64,000 bases of DNA from Burkholderiales bacterium (GTDB lineage: Bacteria > Pseudomonadota > Gammaproteobacteria > Burkholderiales > SG8-39), in assembly GCA_035273665.1 (NCBI GenBank), contig DATEOW010000006.1, positions 60,318-124,317 on the forward strand, given 5' to 3'. Both the position numbers and the translations under genes were made by a program. Every line of letters starts with the position of its first letter. Position 1 is the stretch's first letter. The notes below the pieces were generated by a model. The model did no database searches, was not told the DNA's origin, and saw only the letters and a list, made by a program, of their open reading frames with translations. This document shows, in pieces, positions 10,391-22,873 of this stretch.

Positions 10391-11841
10391 ATTCCTTCGG
10401 GCTGGCGCAGGTGCCAATCGGTCGCGCACTGGAACTGGTGTGCGGCATTGAGCATGCGCGCTTCTGAAAAATAATCGCCGACGATATGAAGCCCCGCGGG
10501 TAAGCCGTTTGCACCAAAACCGGCCGGGATAGACATTGCCGGCAAACCGGCGAGATTGGCCGCAATGGTATAGATATCGTTTAAGTACATCTGCACGGGA
10601 TCTGCCGCTTTCTCGCCAAACTTAAATGCCACTGTCGGTGCAGTCGGACCCATGATCACATCGCACTGCTTGAACGCTTCGGCGAAATCATTGGCAATGA
10701 GCCGCCGGATACGTTGCGCTTTCAGGTAGTACGCATCGTAGTAGCCGTGCGACAACACGTAGGTTCCGACGAGGATGCGGCGCTTCACCTCTGCTCCGAA
10801 GCCCTGCGCGCGCGTCTTGCAATACATATCATTCAAGTCGCCGTACTCCGGCGCCCGGTAGCCATAACGCACGCCATCGAAGCGGGATAGATTGCTGGAC
10901 GCTTCGGCAGGCGCGATAACGTAGTACGCCGGCACCGAGAGCCCGCTGTTCGGCAAACTAATATCGATTGTCGTAGCGCCCAGGTCGCGGTACTGGCGCA
11001 AGGCCGTCTCGACCACCGCACGCACATCGTCGCTCAGTCCTTCCCCAAAATATTCCTTGGGCAAACCGATGCGCAATCCCTGCAACGGCTTTTTCAGCTC
11101 GCGGGTGTAATCCTCCGCCGGCCGTTCGAGGCTGGTGGAATCGCGCGAATCGAAACCCGCCATGACATTGAGCAGCAGCCCGAGATCTTGCGCACTTTTG
11201 GCAAAAGGCCCGCCCTGATCCAGACTTGAGGCGAAGGCGATCATCCCGTAGCGAGAGACGACGCCGTAGGTCGGCTTCAACCCAGATACGTTGCAAAGCG
11301 CTGCGGGCTGGCGGATCGAGCCTCCCGTATCTGTGCCGGTCGACGCGGGTGCCATGCGCGATGCGACCGAAGCGGCGGAACCGCCGGATGAGCCGCCGGG
11401 AACGCAGTCCGTGTTCCACGGATTTCTGACCGGACCGAAATAGGAGGTCTCGTTAGACGAGCCCATGGCGAACTCGTCCATATTGCATTTGCCCAGATTG
11501 ACCGCGCCGGCGGCGTCAAAGCGCTCGATCACGTGAGCATCATAGGGGGCGACGAAGTTCTCCAACATTTTGGAGCCACATGTGGTGCGCCACCCTTTGG
11601 CCAGCCAAATATCTTTATGCGCGACGGGGATGCCGGTGAGCGGCGCAGCCTGTCCGCTCGCGAGGCGTGCATCGGCGGCGCGCGCTTGAGCGATGCTCTT
11701 TTCGACGTCTAGGGTGATGAATGCATTCAGACGACCGTTGAGCGCTTGAATCCGGCCAAGAAAAAGCTGCGTCAGTTCGACACTGCTGATCGTTTTTGCC
11801 TGGAGGGCGGCGGCCATCTCGGCCAAGCTTGCGTTAAGCAT
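10387..11841 (-). CDS. gatA: Asp-tRNA(Asn)/Glu-tRNA(Gln) amidotransferase subunit A
   Basis: 484 aa with the amidase signature [12 protein letters not shown] and [12 protein letters not shown]. Confidence 0.95.
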   Translation of the reverse strand: MLNASLAEMAAALQAKTISSVELTQLFLGRIQALNGRLNAFITLDVEKSIAQARAADARLASGQAAPLTGIPVAHKDIWLAKGWRTTCGSKMLENFVAPYDAHVIERFDAAGAVNLGKCNMDEFAMGSSNETSYFGPVRNPWNTDCVPGGSSGGSAASVASRMAPASTGTDTGGSIRQPAALCNVSGLKPTYGVVSRYGMIAFASSLDQGGPFAKSAQDLGLLLNVMAGFDSRDSTSLERPAEDYTRELKKPLQGLRIGLPKEYFGEGLSDDVRAVVETALRQYRDLGATTIDISLPNSGLSVPAYYVIAPAEASSNLSRFDGVRYGYRAPEYGDLNDMYCKTRAQGFGAEVKRRILVGTYVLSHGYYDAYYLKAQRIRRLIANDFAEAFKQCDVIMGPTAPTVAFKFGEKAADPVQMYLNDIYTIAANLAGLPAMSIPAGFGANGLPAGLHIVGDYFSEARMLNAAHQFQCATDWHLRQPEGI

Positions 11842-11856
11842 GGAGAAGCCGGCTTA

Positions 11857-13283
<1,427 letters not shown>

Positions 13284-13309
13284 TCGCCTACAGCGAAGCG
13301 AAGTAACGC

Positions 13310-14230
13310 TTGTACAGCACGTCCCGACTGGAGCACCAACCCCCGCAATTTTTCAAACGCGGCCCCTCCGCGCTTGCACGCCTGAGTTTCTTCGGCCTGC
13401 TTTCCATCATGCTGATGGTTCTCGACGCCCATTTCCACTATGCCGACGGCTTCCGCAATACGCTCGCGATGGTGGTCTATCCCATTCAGCAGATCGCGAT
13501 TGCGCCAGTCACCGCCTTCAACCATGTCAGCGAGTTCTTCAGCAGTCAGTCGCAATTGCGCGAACAAAATGCTCAGCTTCGCGGCGAGCATCTCAAGAAC
13601 GCCCAGGCAACCCTGACGCTACAAGCATTGCAGGCGGAAAACGAGCAACTCCGCGAATTGCTCGCGGCCAAAAGCCGAGGGCCCGTCAAAAGCACCTTCG
13701 CGGAAATCATCTATGCCGGACGCGATCCGTTTAGCCGCAAGGTCATTATTGATAAGGGCGAAGACGATGGCATCCAATTAGGCCAGCCCGTCATCGATAC
13801 GATGGGGGTGCTGGGACAGGTCACGCGTGTGTTGCCCCTCCTTGCCGAAGTGACCCTCATCACGGACAAGGATCACGCGATTCCGGTTCAAGTCGTGCGC
13901 AATGGGCTTCGGGGAATCGCCTTCGGGTCCGGAGATGGAAGCACACTTGAACTGCGCTTCATGCCGGCGAACGCGGAAATTCAAACCGGTGACGTGCTGG
14001 TCACTTCCGGACTTGACGATGTCTATCCGCGCGGCCTGCCTGTCGCGCAAGTTCTTAAAGTGGAGCGCGACGCGTCTTATGCTTTTGCCAAAATTTCGCT
14101 CCTGCCGAGCGGCGGCACGAACCGACACCGGCAAGTGCTGGTCTTAACGCGGGGAGAAAGCGCGCCGCCTTATCCCGCAGCGGAAGAAAAGAAGGGCGCC
14201 GCAAAGCCTAAAGGAGCGAAGCCGCGATGA
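13310..14230 (+). CDS. mreC: rod shape-determining protein MreC
   Basis: It follows mreB. The order is an N-terminal TM segment, a coiled coil (LQAENEQLRELL), then beta domains (GLPVAQV). The start codon is uncertain (TTG at 13310). Confidence 0.88.
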   Translation: MYSTSRLEHQPPQFFKRGPSALARLSFFGLLSIMLMVLDAHFHYADGFRNTLAMVVYPIQQIAIAPVTAFNHVSEFFSSQSQLREQNAQLRGEHLKNAQATLTLQALQAENEQLRELLAAKSRGPVKSTFAEIIYAGRDPFSRKVIIDKGEDDGIQLGQPVIDTMGVLGQVTRVLPLLAEVTLITDKDHAIPVQVVRNGLRGIAFGSGDGSTLELRFMPANAEIQTGDVLVTSGLDDVYPRGLPVAQVLKVERDASYAFAKISLLPSGGTNRHRQVLVLTRGESAPPYPAAEEKKGAAKPKGAKPR

Positions 14231-14742
14231 ACACCAATAGCTCTCGGATTCTGCGGCCGGCCAAACTGGGTTTTATTTTCACCACGACGTTGGTCGCGTT
14301 GGCGTTGAATATGCTGCCATGGCCAGACGTGCGCTGGGTGCCCGACTTCCTCGCGGTTGTCATCATATTTTGGTGTACGCATCAGCCGCGCAAAATGGGG
14401 ATGGGCGTTGCCTTTGTCCTCGGACTCGCAATGGATGTAGTGAATGGCACTTTGATCGGACAACATGCCCTGGCCTACACGCTTCTCGCCTTCGGTGCGT
14501 TCGTGATTCATCGTCGGGTTCATTGGTTTACCCAGTGGCAGCAATCCTTGCATGTACTCGCGCTGCTGCTCATCGCGCAGACAGTCATGCTCATCGTTCG
14601 CATGATCGCCGGCGGAACTTTTCCGGGAATGTTGATTTACGTCGGAAGCGTCATTTCGGCGCTGCTGTGGCCTGTAGTGACCTTGATCTTACTCACCCCG
14701 CAACGCATGGCCGAGAATGTGGATGCCAACCGTCCTCTTTGA
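14227..14742 (+). CDS. mreD: rod shape-determining protein MreD
   Basis: 171-aa polytopic membrane protein with an ATGA overlap on mreC. Confidence 0.88.
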   Translation: MNTNSSRILRPAKLGFIFTTTLVALALNMLPWPDVRWVPDFLAVVIIFWCTHQPRKMGMGVAFVLGLAMDVVNGTLIGQHALAYTLLAFGAFVIHRRVHWFTQWQQSLHVLALLLIAQTVMLIVRMIAGGTFPGMLIYVGSVISALLWPVVTLILLTPQRMAENVDANRPL

Positions 14743-14757
14743 GTTCGGCCATCACCG

Positions 14758-16665
14758 ATGAGCATCGCCGAATTTCGCGATCACGACCGCGAAATGCATC
14801 GTTTCCGCTCGCGGATCGCGGCGGCCGGCGTGATCGTGCTCACGGCTTTCGGAATTTTGCTCGGACGCTTCGCGTACCTGCAGTTTTTTAAACACGATTA
14901 TTACCAAACGAAGGCGGAGGACAATCGCATTTCGATCGTCCCCATTCTGCCCAACCGAGGATTGATCCTCGACCGCAACGGCGTCGTTCTCGCCCGCAAT
15001 TACTCAGCCTATACCTTGGAGATCAACCCGAACAAGGTTGCCAACGTCGAGGAGACCATACGCGACCTGAGCAAGATCATGGACATCGAAGCACGGGACC
15101 GCAATCGTTTTCGTAAATTGCGCGCGGAGCTCAAGGGCGCCGAAAGTCTCCCGATTCGAACCCGTCTGAGCGAAAAGGATGTCGCGCAGTTTGCCGCCAA
15201 CGCTTATCGGTTCCCCGGCGTTGAAATCAAGGCGCGGCTTTATCGTCAGTATCCCTATGGCGAACTTGCCTCGCACGCGATGGGCTATCTCGGTCGGATT
15301 AACGATCGCGATCTCGAAAAACTCGAAGAGGACGAGCAGCTCGTCAACTATAAAGGCACGGACCACATCGGTAAGACCGGTCTCGAACAATTTTACGAAT
15401 ACGAATTGCACGGCGTAACCGGCTCGGCGCAAGTGGAAATCGACGCGAACGGCAAAGGGATTCGAACCATTTCGTCGAAAGCGCCGATTCCCGGCAATAA
15501 CCTGACCTTAACCCTGGACGCGAAACTGCAAGAACTCGCCGAACAGGCTTTCGGCAACTATCGCGGTGCGCTAGTCGCCATCGAACCGGCCACCGGCGGC
15601 GTGCTCGCGTTCGTCAGCAAGCCGGGATATGACCCCAATCTTTTTGTCGACGGCATCGATTCAGAATCGTGGAACGAGCTGAATAAGTCGATCGACCGTC
15701 CGCTAAACAATCGCGCAATCAACGGCGCCTATCCGCCCGGATCGACTTTCAAACCCTTCATGGCGTTGATGGCTTTGGAACTGGGTAAGCGAACGCCCGA
15801 GTACACGATTTCGGACCCGGGTTATTTCACTTTGCCTGGGCAAGGTCACCGTTATCGCGACTGGAAGGTGGGTGGCCATGGTGTGGTGAACCTGCACAAA
15901 TCCGTGGTGATCTCTTGCGACACCTACTACTACGGGCTAGCCGTCGATACGGATATCGATCAATTGCACGCCTTCATGTCTCAATTGGGTTTTGGTCGGC
16001 CTACAGGAATCGATATCAAAGGCGAAAGCAGCGGGCTCCTACCTTCGCGCGCTTGGAAGAAAAAGCGTTTTAAAACACCCGGCGAACAAAAATGGTACAC
16101 GGGCGACAGCGTCTCTGTGGGCATCGGCCAGGGTTATAACCTCGCAACGCCGATGCAACTGGCTTATGCAACCGCGGTTCTTGCCAACAATGGTGTCGCC
16201 TTCAAACCACATTTGGTGCGGACAGTCACCGATGTGCGAACCGGCACTCAGCGCGTCATAGAGCCTGAGCCTGTACGCACCGTTCCGCTCAATCAAAAAT
16301 GGGTCAACCTCGTCAAAGCGGCGATGGTGGACGTCACGCGTCCCGGCGGGACTGCCTCCGTAGCAGGCCGGGGAACGCCGTACAGTTTTGCCGGGAAAAC
16401 GGGTACCGCTCAGGTTATCGGCATCAAGCAGGGTGAGAAATACGACGAGCGACGCATTTCCGAGCGGTTTCACGATCATGCGCTGTTCGTCGCTTTTGCG
16501 CCGGCAGATCAACCCAAGATCGCGATAGGCATCATGGTGGAAAACGGCAAGCATGGCAGCAGCACCGCGGCGCCAATCGCGCGCCTAGTGTTCGATTACC
16601 ATTTACTTGGCAAGCTCCCGGCGAAACCGGTAGCGCCCGAAGCTGAAGAAGGAGAGGACGAGTAG
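14758..16665 (+). CDS. mrdA: penicillin-binding protein 2 (elongasome transpeptidase)
   Basis: 635 aa with the SxxK (STFKP), SxN (SCD) and KTG (KTGTAQV) motifs, in mreBCD-mrdA-rodA context. Confidence 0.93.
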   Translation: MSIAEFRDHDREMHRFRSRIAAAGVIVLTAFGILLGRFAYLQFFKHDYYQTKAEDNRISIVPILPNRGLILDRNGVVLARNYSAYTLEINPNKVANVEETIRDLSKIMDIEARDRNRFRKLRAELKGAESLPIRTRLSEKDVAQFAANAYRFPGVEIKARLYRQYPYGELASHAMGYLGRINDRDLEKLEEDEQLVNYKGTDHIGKTGLEQFYEYELHGVTGSAQVEIDANGKGIRTISSKAPIPGNNLTLTLDAKLQELAEQAFGNYRGALVAIEPATGGVLAFVSKPGYDPNLFVDGIDSESWNELNKSIDRPLNNRAINGAYPPGSTFKPFMALMALELGKRTPEYTISDPGYFTLPGQGHRYRDWKVGGHGVVNLHKSVVISCDTYYYGLAVDTDIDQLHAFMSQLGFGRPTGIDIKGESSGLLPSRAWKKKRFKTPGEQKWYTGDSVSVGIGQGYNLATPMQLAYATAVLANNGVAFKPHLVRTVTDVRTGTQRVIEPEPVRTVPLNQKWVNLVKAAMVDVTRPGGTASVAGRGTPYSFAGKTGTAQVIGIKQGEKYDERRISERFHDHALFVAFAPADQPKIAIGIMVENGKHGSSTAAPIARLVFDYHLLGKLPAKPVAPEAEEGEDE

Positions 16666-17757
16666 ATGGGCCGCCTCTGGCATTCGCTGACCAAGAACAT
16701 TGATACCCCACTGATGTTCATCGCCGGGATGATTGTGCTGCTCGGTTTGTTTACGCTTTATAGCGCGGCCAATGAAAACATGGTTCGCGTCAACACTCAG
16801 CTCATGAACATTGGCATTGCGCTATTCGCCATGTGGATCGCGGCGCAGATTCCTCCGCAAACGCTGATGCGCCTCGCGTTGCCAGCGTACCTGATCGGCG
16901 TCGCCTTGCTCATTGCGGTGGCGATGTTCGGTGACATCGTCAATGGTGCGCGGCGCTGGCTTCATGTCGGCGTTACGCGATTCCAACCTTCGGAAATGAT
17001 GAAAATCGCCATGCCCCTGATGCTGGCTTGGTACTTCCACAAGCACGAGGCGGTTCTACGCACCCGGGACTTCATTTTTGCGACCGTGCTGCTTGCCATT
17101 CCGGCTGCTTTAATCATGCGCCAACCCGATCTAGGCACTGCCTTACTCGTGCTCGCCGCCGGCTTTTACATCATCTTCCTGGCCGGACTGCCTTGGCGAA
17201 TCATCGGCGTATTGGCGGGAATCGTCGCGGCCGCGACACCCGTCATGTGGTCCTTCTTGCACGACTATCAGCAACGACGCATTCTCACTTTGATCAACCC
17301 CACAAGTGATCCGCTCGGCGCGGGCTATCACATCATTCAATCAACCATTGCTGTGGGCTCCGGGGGCTTAACCGGTAAGGGCTGGTTACAAGGGACACAA
17401 ACGCACCTTGAATTCATCCCGGAGCGACACACCGATTTTATCTTTGCCGTTTATTCGGAAGAATTCGGTCTGGTCGGCAACTGTATTCTGCTATTGCTGT
17501 ACCTCGCCTTAATCGGCCGCGGCCTTATGATTGCCAGCGGCGCGGCGAGTTTTTTCGGGCGACTCCTCGCCGGCGCGCTGACCCTTAGCTTTTTCACCTA
17601 TGCGTTCGTCAACATGGGTATGGTGAGCGGCATATTGCCGGTGGTCGGCGTGCCTTTACCTTTGATCAGTTACGGCGGAACCGCTCTTGTTACCTTGTTT
17701 CTGGGAATCGGCATCCTCATGAGCATCCACAAACACCGCAAGCTCGTGCAGACATGA
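16666..17757 (+). CDS. rodA: SEDS peptidoglycan glycosyltransferase RodA
   Basis: 363-aa SEDS family protein (PSEMMKI, HTDFIFA, LPLISYGGT), adjacent to mrdA. Confidence 0.93.
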   Translation: MGRLWHSLTKNIDTPLMFIAGMIVLLGLFTLYSAANENMVRVNTQLMNIGIALFAMWIAAQIPPQTLMRLALPAYLIGVALLIAVAMFGDIVNGARRWLHVGVTRFQPSEMMKIAMPLMLAWYFHKHEAVLRTRDFIFATVLLAIPAALIMRQPDLGTALLVLAAGFYIIFLAGLPWRIIGVLAGIVAAATPVMWSFLHDYQQRRILTLINPTSDPLGAGYHIIQSTIAVGSGGLTGKGWLQGTQTHLEFIPERHTDFIFAVYSEEFGLVGNCILLLLYLALIGRGLMIASGAASFFGRLLAGALTLSFFTYAFVNMGMVSGILPVVGVPLPLISYGGTALVTLFLGIGILMSIHKHRKLVQT

Positions 17758-18644
17758 GTCGCCGGCTCGCGCGCGCGATACTTCCGCTCTTCGTTGTTTT
17801 CGCCGGTTGCAGCACGGTTCCGGAACCTTCATCTCAATCTGAGCCGCCAACGCCTCCACGCGAAAGGGCTGGCCCGCCAGCGGAGCCGCGCAGCGGTGGC
17901 GGGTACTATCTTGACGATGGCCCGGGAAACAACCCGCCGCCGAATCTGGATCAGATCGCAGACGCGCAACCCCGCAAAGAAGCGCTGCATCGGTACGCGA
18001 ACAAGCCCTATACCGTGATGGGGCAGAACTTCATTCCAGTGAAGGCGACGGAAGGGTTCCGCGAACGAGGAATAGGAAGCTGGTACGGTAAACGGTTCCA
18101 CGGCCAGAAGACTTCGAGCGGCGAGCTCTACGATATGTACGCCATGACCGCCGCTCACCCGACCTTACCGATTCCCAGCTATGCCCGCGTGACAAATCTG
18201 GAAAACGGACGCTCGGTTGTCGTTCGTATCAACGACCGAGGCCCTTTTCTACACAAACGAATCATTGATCTGTCCTACGCCGCAGCACACCGACTCGACT
18301 ACCTCAAGAAGGGCAGCGCACGGCTTGAGGTAGAGGCGGTGCTCCCGCCCGAGGATAAAGAGATCACCGCGCTCAGCGAAGCGCCCGCGGTACGGCAAAG
18401 CCTCGGCGGCGACGACAAACACTATCTTCAGCTTGGCGCTTTTTCTTCTCGAGCGAATGCGGAACAGTTGCGGACGCGTCTTGTATCGGTCGCCCCCGAC
18501 ATGGAGGAGATGCTCAGCATTGCCGCGACTGAAGGTTTATATCGAGTCTATCTCGGCCCTTATAAAAATCGTGCGGAAGCGACACGCTTTGCCGAGCAGG
18601 TACGTGATCTCGTGGACGTACAGCCTCATCTCGTCCTGCGCTAA
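17754..18644 (+). CDS. rlpA: septal ring lytic transglycosylase RlpA family lipoprotein (DPBB + SPOR)
   Basis: Lipobox FAGCS, a DPBB domain (ASWYG..FHGQKTSSGE, AAHPTLPIPSYARVTN) and a C-terminal SPOR repeat (YLQLGAFSSRANAEQL). Confidence 0.9.
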   Translation: MSRRLARAILPLFVVFAGCSTVPEPSSQSEPPTPPRERAGPPAEPRSGGGYYLDDGPGNNPPPNLDQIADAQPRKEALHRYANKPYTVMGQNFIPVKATEGFRERGIGSWYGKRFHGQKTSSGELYDMYAMTAAHPTLPIPSYARVTNLENGRSVVVRINDRGPFLHKRIIDLSYAAAHRLDYLKKGSARLEVEAVLPPEDKEITALSEAPAVRQSLGGDDKHYLQLGAFSSRANAEQLRTRLVSVAPDMEEMLSIAATEGLYRVYLGPYKNRAEATRFAEQVRDLVDVQPHLVLR

Positions 18645-18685
18645 GCATTTCGACCCTCTTCCCGGTAAAACGGGCCTTTGCGCAC

Positions 18686-18694
18686 TGCTATAAT
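18686..18694 (+). promoter_or_regulatory. candidate extended -10 promoter element (TGCTATAAT) upstream of the carboxypeptidase gene
   Basis: A perfect TATAAT at 18689-18694 is preceded by TGn, about 30 nt upstream of ATG 18725. No good -35 is visible. Confidence 0.35.
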
Positions 18695-18724
18695 CGCGCC
18701 TCTTAATTCATCAACGGCGTTCGC

Positions 18725-19858
18725 ATGTCACGCATCCTGCTTACTCTGCTTTGCCTTGTTTCGGCTTTCGTCCCGCTACAGAGCTCCGCCGAAGCGCCTG
18801 CGCTTCCACCGATTGCGGCGAAGTCATGGATCCTTCTGGAATATCAAAGCGGCCAAGCGATAACGAGCCAAGCGGTCGACGCGCGTTTCGAACCGGCTTC
18901 GCTGACAAAGTTGATGACGGCCTATCTCGTCTTCGATGCGCTGCGGAAAAATCAATTGCGCATGGATCAGACGGTGCCTGTTTCGACAAAGGCATGGAAG
19001 GCCGAGGGCTCGCGTATGTTCATCGAGCCTTTGAAGCCAGTGACCGTCAACGAGTTGATCTACGGCATGATCGTGCAATCGGGCAATGACGCGACAATCG
19101 CGCTTGCAGAAGCAATCGCCGGGTCCGAAGAAATTTTCGCTGGTTTGATGAATCGCGAGGCGCAGCGCCTCGGTATGGTCAATACCAACTTTGTCAACTC
19201 TACCGGTTTGCCAGACCCGAAACATTATTCGAGCGCGCGCGATATGGCTGTTCTTGCCGCCGCACTCATTCGCGACTTCCCCGATAACTACAAAGTCTAT
19301 TCCACCCGCGAATATCGCTATAACAACATCACCCAGCCCAATCGCAACCGGCTCTTGTGGCTCGATCCCCATATCGACGGAGTCAAAACAGGCCATACGG
19401 AAGCCGCCGGTTACTGCCTAGTGGCTTCAGCGAAGCGCGGCGATCGACGCTTGATATCCGTCGTACTGGGCACCTCGTCGGATGCTGCTCGCGCGCAAGA
19501 AAGCCAGAAACTGCTCAACTACGGCTTCCAGTTTTACGACAGCGTGGCGGTTTATCGCAAGGGCGCCACGATCAGCACCTTGAAGGTATGGAAAGGGGCG
19601 GAAGAAAACTTGCATGCGGGAGTGGCACGGGACCTGTTTCTCACTTTGCCTAGCGGCGATGCGGCGCGATTGAAGGCAGAACTAGTGAGTCAACAACCTC
19701 TGATCGCCCCTGTCGCCGCCGGCCAGAAAGTCGGTATCGTCCGCATCCTCCTGGACGGCAAGGCGTTGGGCGAATACGAAGTCGTCGCCAATGAAGAAGT
19801 GCCCGTGGCCGGTTTTTTTGGCCGCATTGTAGATACGGTACGACTCTGGTTTAAATAA
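18725..19858 (+). CDS. D-alanyl-D-alanine carboxypeptidase (PBP5/6 family)
   Basis: A signal peptide, the SxxK motif (ASLTKLMTAY), SGN (QSGNDA) and KTG (KTGHT), plus a C-terminal beta domain. Confidence 0.9.
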   Translation: MSRILLTLLCLVSAFVPLQSSAEAPALPPIAAKSWILLEYQSGQAITSQAVDARFEPASLTKLMTAYLVFDALRKNQLRMDQTVPVSTKAWKAEGSRMFIEPLKPVTVNELIYGMIVQSGNDATIALAEAIAGSEEIFAGLMNREAQRLGMVNTNFVNSTGLPDPKHYSSARDMAVLAAALIRDFPDNYKVYSTREYRYNNITQPNRNRLLWLDPHIDGVKTGHTEAAGYCLVASAKRGDRRLISVVLGTSSDAARAQESQKLLNYGFQFYDSVAVYRKGATISTLKVWKGAEENLHAGVARDLFLTLPSGDAARLKAELVSQQPLIAPVAAGQKVGIVRILLDGKALGEYEVVANEEVPVAGFFGRIVDTVRLWFK

Positions 19859-19891
19859 CCGCGCGGTGCAAATGACCGCCAGGAGATCGCG

Positions 19892-20770
19892 GTGGGCGAA
19901 ACGGTTTATCTGAACGGCCGCTTCATGGCGCCTGAAGAAGCGCATGTTCCTGTGTTGGATCGTGGCTTCATTTTTGGTGATGCGGTCTACGAAGTCATTC
20001 CCGTTTATTCGCGCGTACTCCTGCGCCTTGATGAACATCTCGCCCGACTTCAGTATAGTTTGGACAGTATTCGCCTTCGCAATCCGCACAGCGTCGATGA
20101 ATGGCGCAGCTTGTTGCAGGAAGTCGTCATGCGCAATCCTTGGGACGATCAAGGCGTCTATCTGCAGGTCACGCGGGGCGTGGCGCGACGAGATCAAGCT
20201 TTTCCCGATCCCGCCGTCGTCAAGCCAACGGTATTCGCCATGGCCAACGATATGCGGCCTCCGAGCGCCGAGCAGCGGCGCGATGGTGTTCCCGTCATCA
20301 CGCGCGAAGATTATCGCTGGCTGCGCTGCGACATCAAAGCAACGTCGCTAATCGCCAATTGCCTGCTTAGACAAGAGGCGGTGGACGTCGGTTGCGCGGA
20401 AGTAATCCTGTTGCGCAATGGCAAAGTCACCGAAGGGTCGGCGAGCAACGTATTCCTTGTCAAAGACGGCATCATCACGACCCCGCCGAAAGACAATCTC
20501 ATTCTGCCTGGGATCACTTACGATCTCGTGCTGGAGCTCGCTCGACGGCATGATCTACCCTTCGAAGTGCGGGAACTCACGGTAGGCGAATTGTATGCGG
20601 CGGACGAGGCCTGGCTTTCTTCCTCGCTTAGAGAGGTCTTGCCGATCGCCTCTGTCGATGGCATCGCGATCGGCAACGGCAAGCCTGGACCGGTTTATGA
20701 ACGGATGTATGCGCTATATCAGGCTTATAAGCGCGAGGTGATCGACCATGCAGGAACCGCCCGAACTTGA
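19892..20770 (+). CDS. dat: D-amino acid aminotransferase (fold-type IV PLP enzyme)
   Basis: Class IV aminotransferase motifs: DRGFIFGDAVYE, the catalytic Lys region (CDIKATSL), EGSASNVF and LPGITY. Confidence 0.8.
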   Translation: MGETVYLNGRFMAPEEAHVPVLDRGFIFGDAVYEVIPVYSRVLLRLDEHLARLQYSLDSIRLRNPHSVDEWRSLLQEVVMRNPWDDQGVYLQVTRGVARRDQAFPDPAVVKPTVFAMANDMRPPSAEQRRDGVPVITREDYRWLRCDIKATSLIANCLLRQEAVDVGCAEVILLRNGKVTEGSASNVFLVKDGIITTPPKDNLILPGITYDLVLELARRHDLPFEVRELTVGELYAADEAWLSSSLREVLPIASVDGIAIGNGKPGPVYERMYALYQAYKREVIDHAGTART

Positions 20771-21026
20771 GCAAAGCCTGATTGAATTCCCAACCGACTT
20801 TCCTATTAAGGTAATGGGAAAGACGCAAGTGGGTTTCGCTCAGAGCGTCGTCGCCATCGTGCAGAAACACGCGCCGGATTTCGATCCTGCCACGCTCGAA
20901 ATGCGCAGCAGCCGCGAAGGAAATTATTTGAGTGTCACCGCGACGGTACAAGCCACTTCACGGGAGATGCTCGACGCGCTTTATCAGGATTTATGCGACA
21001 GCCCCTTGGTCACGATGGTGCTATAG
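20748..21026 (+). CDS. ybeD: YbeD-family (DUF493) protein
   Basis: 92 aa with FPTDFPIKVMG, in the conserved position upstream of lipB-lipA. Confidence 0.85.
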   Translation: MQEPPELEQSLIEFPTDFPIKVMGKTQVGFAQSVVAIVQKHAPDFDPATLEMRSSREGNYLSVTATVQATSREMLDALYQDLCDSPLVTMVL

Positions 21027-21029
21027 ATC

Positions 21030-21689
21030 TTGGCAAAGGCGTCATTGCAGGCGGCGCAAATCGGCGCTACGTCGCCGCTGATCGTGCGCCGCTTAGGTCT
21101 GGTCGATTACGCGACAACATATGCCGCGATGCGTCGTTTCACCTCGGAGAGGAAGCCGCATACACCAGACGAATTGTGGCTACTACAACATTCACCGGTA
21201 TACACACTCGGACAGGCAGGCAAACCGGAACACTTGCTCTATCCCACGCACGTTCCCGTCCTCAGCGTCGATCGCGGAGGTCAAATCACTTACCATGCTC
21301 CCGGACAAATCGTTGTCTACACTTTGCTCGATCTGCGCCGACGCGGCTTGCATGTTCGGCAGACGGTCTCTTCGCTTGAACAAGCGATTATCGATTTCCT
21401 TGCTTCCGCGGGACTCGTAGGCGAACGCCGCGTCGGCGCGCCGGGTGTGTACGTGAAGGGAGCGAAAATAGCCGCTTTGGGTCTGCGCGTACGAAACGGT
21501 TGCTGCTATCACGGCCTTGCTCTAAACGTGGATATGGCCCTTGAGCCCTTTGCGGATATCAACCCCTGCGGCTATCCCGGCCTTGCTGTGACTCAGCTCA
21601 AGAACTTGGGGGTGAATATGAATTGCGACGCGGCGGGTGAGCAGTTGGCGGTACAAATCGCCCGGCAATTGCAGACTCGCTTAGAATAG
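21030..21689 (+). CDS. lipB: lipoyl(octanoyl) transferase
   Basis: Motifs RGGQITYHAPGQ, KIAALG and PCG. The start is non-ATG (TTG at 21030) and uncertain. Confidence 0.9.
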   Translation: MAKASLQAAQIGATSPLIVRRLGLVDYATTYAAMRRFTSERKPHTPDELWLLQHSPVYTLGQAGKPEHLLYPTHVPVLSVDRGGQITYHAPGQIVVYTLLDLRRRGLHVRQTVSSLEQAIIDFLASAGLVGERRVGAPGVYVKGAKIAALGLRVRNGCCYHGLALNVDMALEPFADINPCGYPGLAVTQLKNLGVNMNCDAAGEQLAVQIARQLQTRLE

Positions 21690-21692
21690 GGC

Positions 21693-22661
21693 ATGGACAG
21701 CGGCATCAAATACGGCGGCACCAAACACAACGCGATCAAACAAAAGGGCGCACAAAAAACCGCGCGCATCCCTATCAAGATCGTTCCCCAGGAAGCGCTG
21801 CCTAAACCGGACTGGATTCGTGTGCGCGCTGCACACGCCAATTCTCGCTTCAGCGAGATTAAAACGATCCTGCGCGAAAACCGCTTGCACACCGTTTGCG
21901 AGGAAGCGTCCTGCCCCAATATCGGCGAGTGCTTCGGCAAAGGCACAGCGACCTTCATGATCATGGGCGACATTTGCACGCGTCGCTGCCCCTTCTGCGA
22001 TGTTGCCCATGGACGGCCGAATCCGTTGGACGAAGAAGAGCCGGCGCATCTTGCCCGAACGATCGCCGCGCTGCAACTCTCTTACGTTGTCATTACCAGC
22101 GTGGACCGAGACGATCTGCGCGATGGCGGGGCTCAACATTTTGTCGATTGCATTCGCGCTGTCAGAGCGGCATCCCCTCAAACGCGGATCGAAGTTCTCG
22201 TGCCCGATTTTCGTTCACGCCTGGATCGTGCGCTCGACATACTCACGGCGGCACCGCCGGACATCATGAATCACAATCTTGAAACGGTCCCGCGGCTGTA
22301 CAAGGCCTCGCGTCCGGGCTCCGACTATGCGCATTCCTTAAATCTGCTCAAGCGGTTCAAGGCCCTTCATCCGGAAGTGCCGACAAAATCCGGCTTAATG
22401 CTTGGACTGGGCGAGACAGACGAAGAAGTGTTGCAAACCATGCGCGACTTGCGCGAACACAATGTGGACATGTTGACTCTGGGCCAATATCTCCAGCCCT
22501 CGCCGCATCATCTCCCCGTGCGCCGGTATGTTCATCCCGACGTATTCAGCTTGTTCGATCGAGAAGCCCGAAAACTCGGCTTTATGCATGCCGCCGTAGG
22601 TCCGATGGTGCGTTCGAGTTATCACGCCGACCAACAGGCACATCAAGCTGGCGTCGTTTAA
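21693..22661 (+). CDS. lipA: lipoyl synthase (radical SAM)
   Basis: [12 protein letters not shown] auxiliary cluster motif and the CTRRCPFC radical-SAM motif. Confidence 0.95.
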   Translation: MDSGIKYGGTKHNAIKQKGAQKTARIPIKIVPQEALPKPDWIRVRAAHANSRFSEIKTILRENRLHTVCEEASCPNIGECFGKGTATFMIMGDICTRRCPFCDVAHGRPNPLDEEEPAHLARTIAALQLSYVVITSVDRDDLRDGGAQHFVDCIRAVRAASPQTRIEVLVPDFRSRLDRALDILTAAPPDIMNHNLETVPRLYKASRPGSDYAHSLNLLKRFKALHPEVPTKSGLMLGLGETDEEVLQTMRDLREHNVDMLTLGQYLQPSPHHLPVRRYVHPDVFSLFDREARKLGFMHAAVGPMVRSSYHADQQAHQAGVV

Positions 22662-22667
22662 AAAAAT

Positions 22668-22691
22668 AAAAGCCCGCGATCGCGGGCTTTT
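22668..22691 (+). terminator. intrinsic terminator after lipA
   Basis: AAAAGCCCGCGATCGCGGGCTTTT is a GC-rich perfect hairpin with an A-tract and a U-tract, 7 nt after the lipA stop. Confidence 0.75.
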
Positions 22692-22873
22692 CGAGCACAT
22701 TCTGCTTCTGTCTAAACGACGTTTTTGTTCTTCTTCCCTGTTGACGGCTAATTTTTTATGACTGCGGAAACGCCTCATGCTAGGTCTGTGCCAGCTCTTG
22801 GCGGCGTGCAAAAAGTGATTGATTTCCCACTTTATATTTTAAGGGCCCGCATTGGCCTTGGAAGCATCGAACC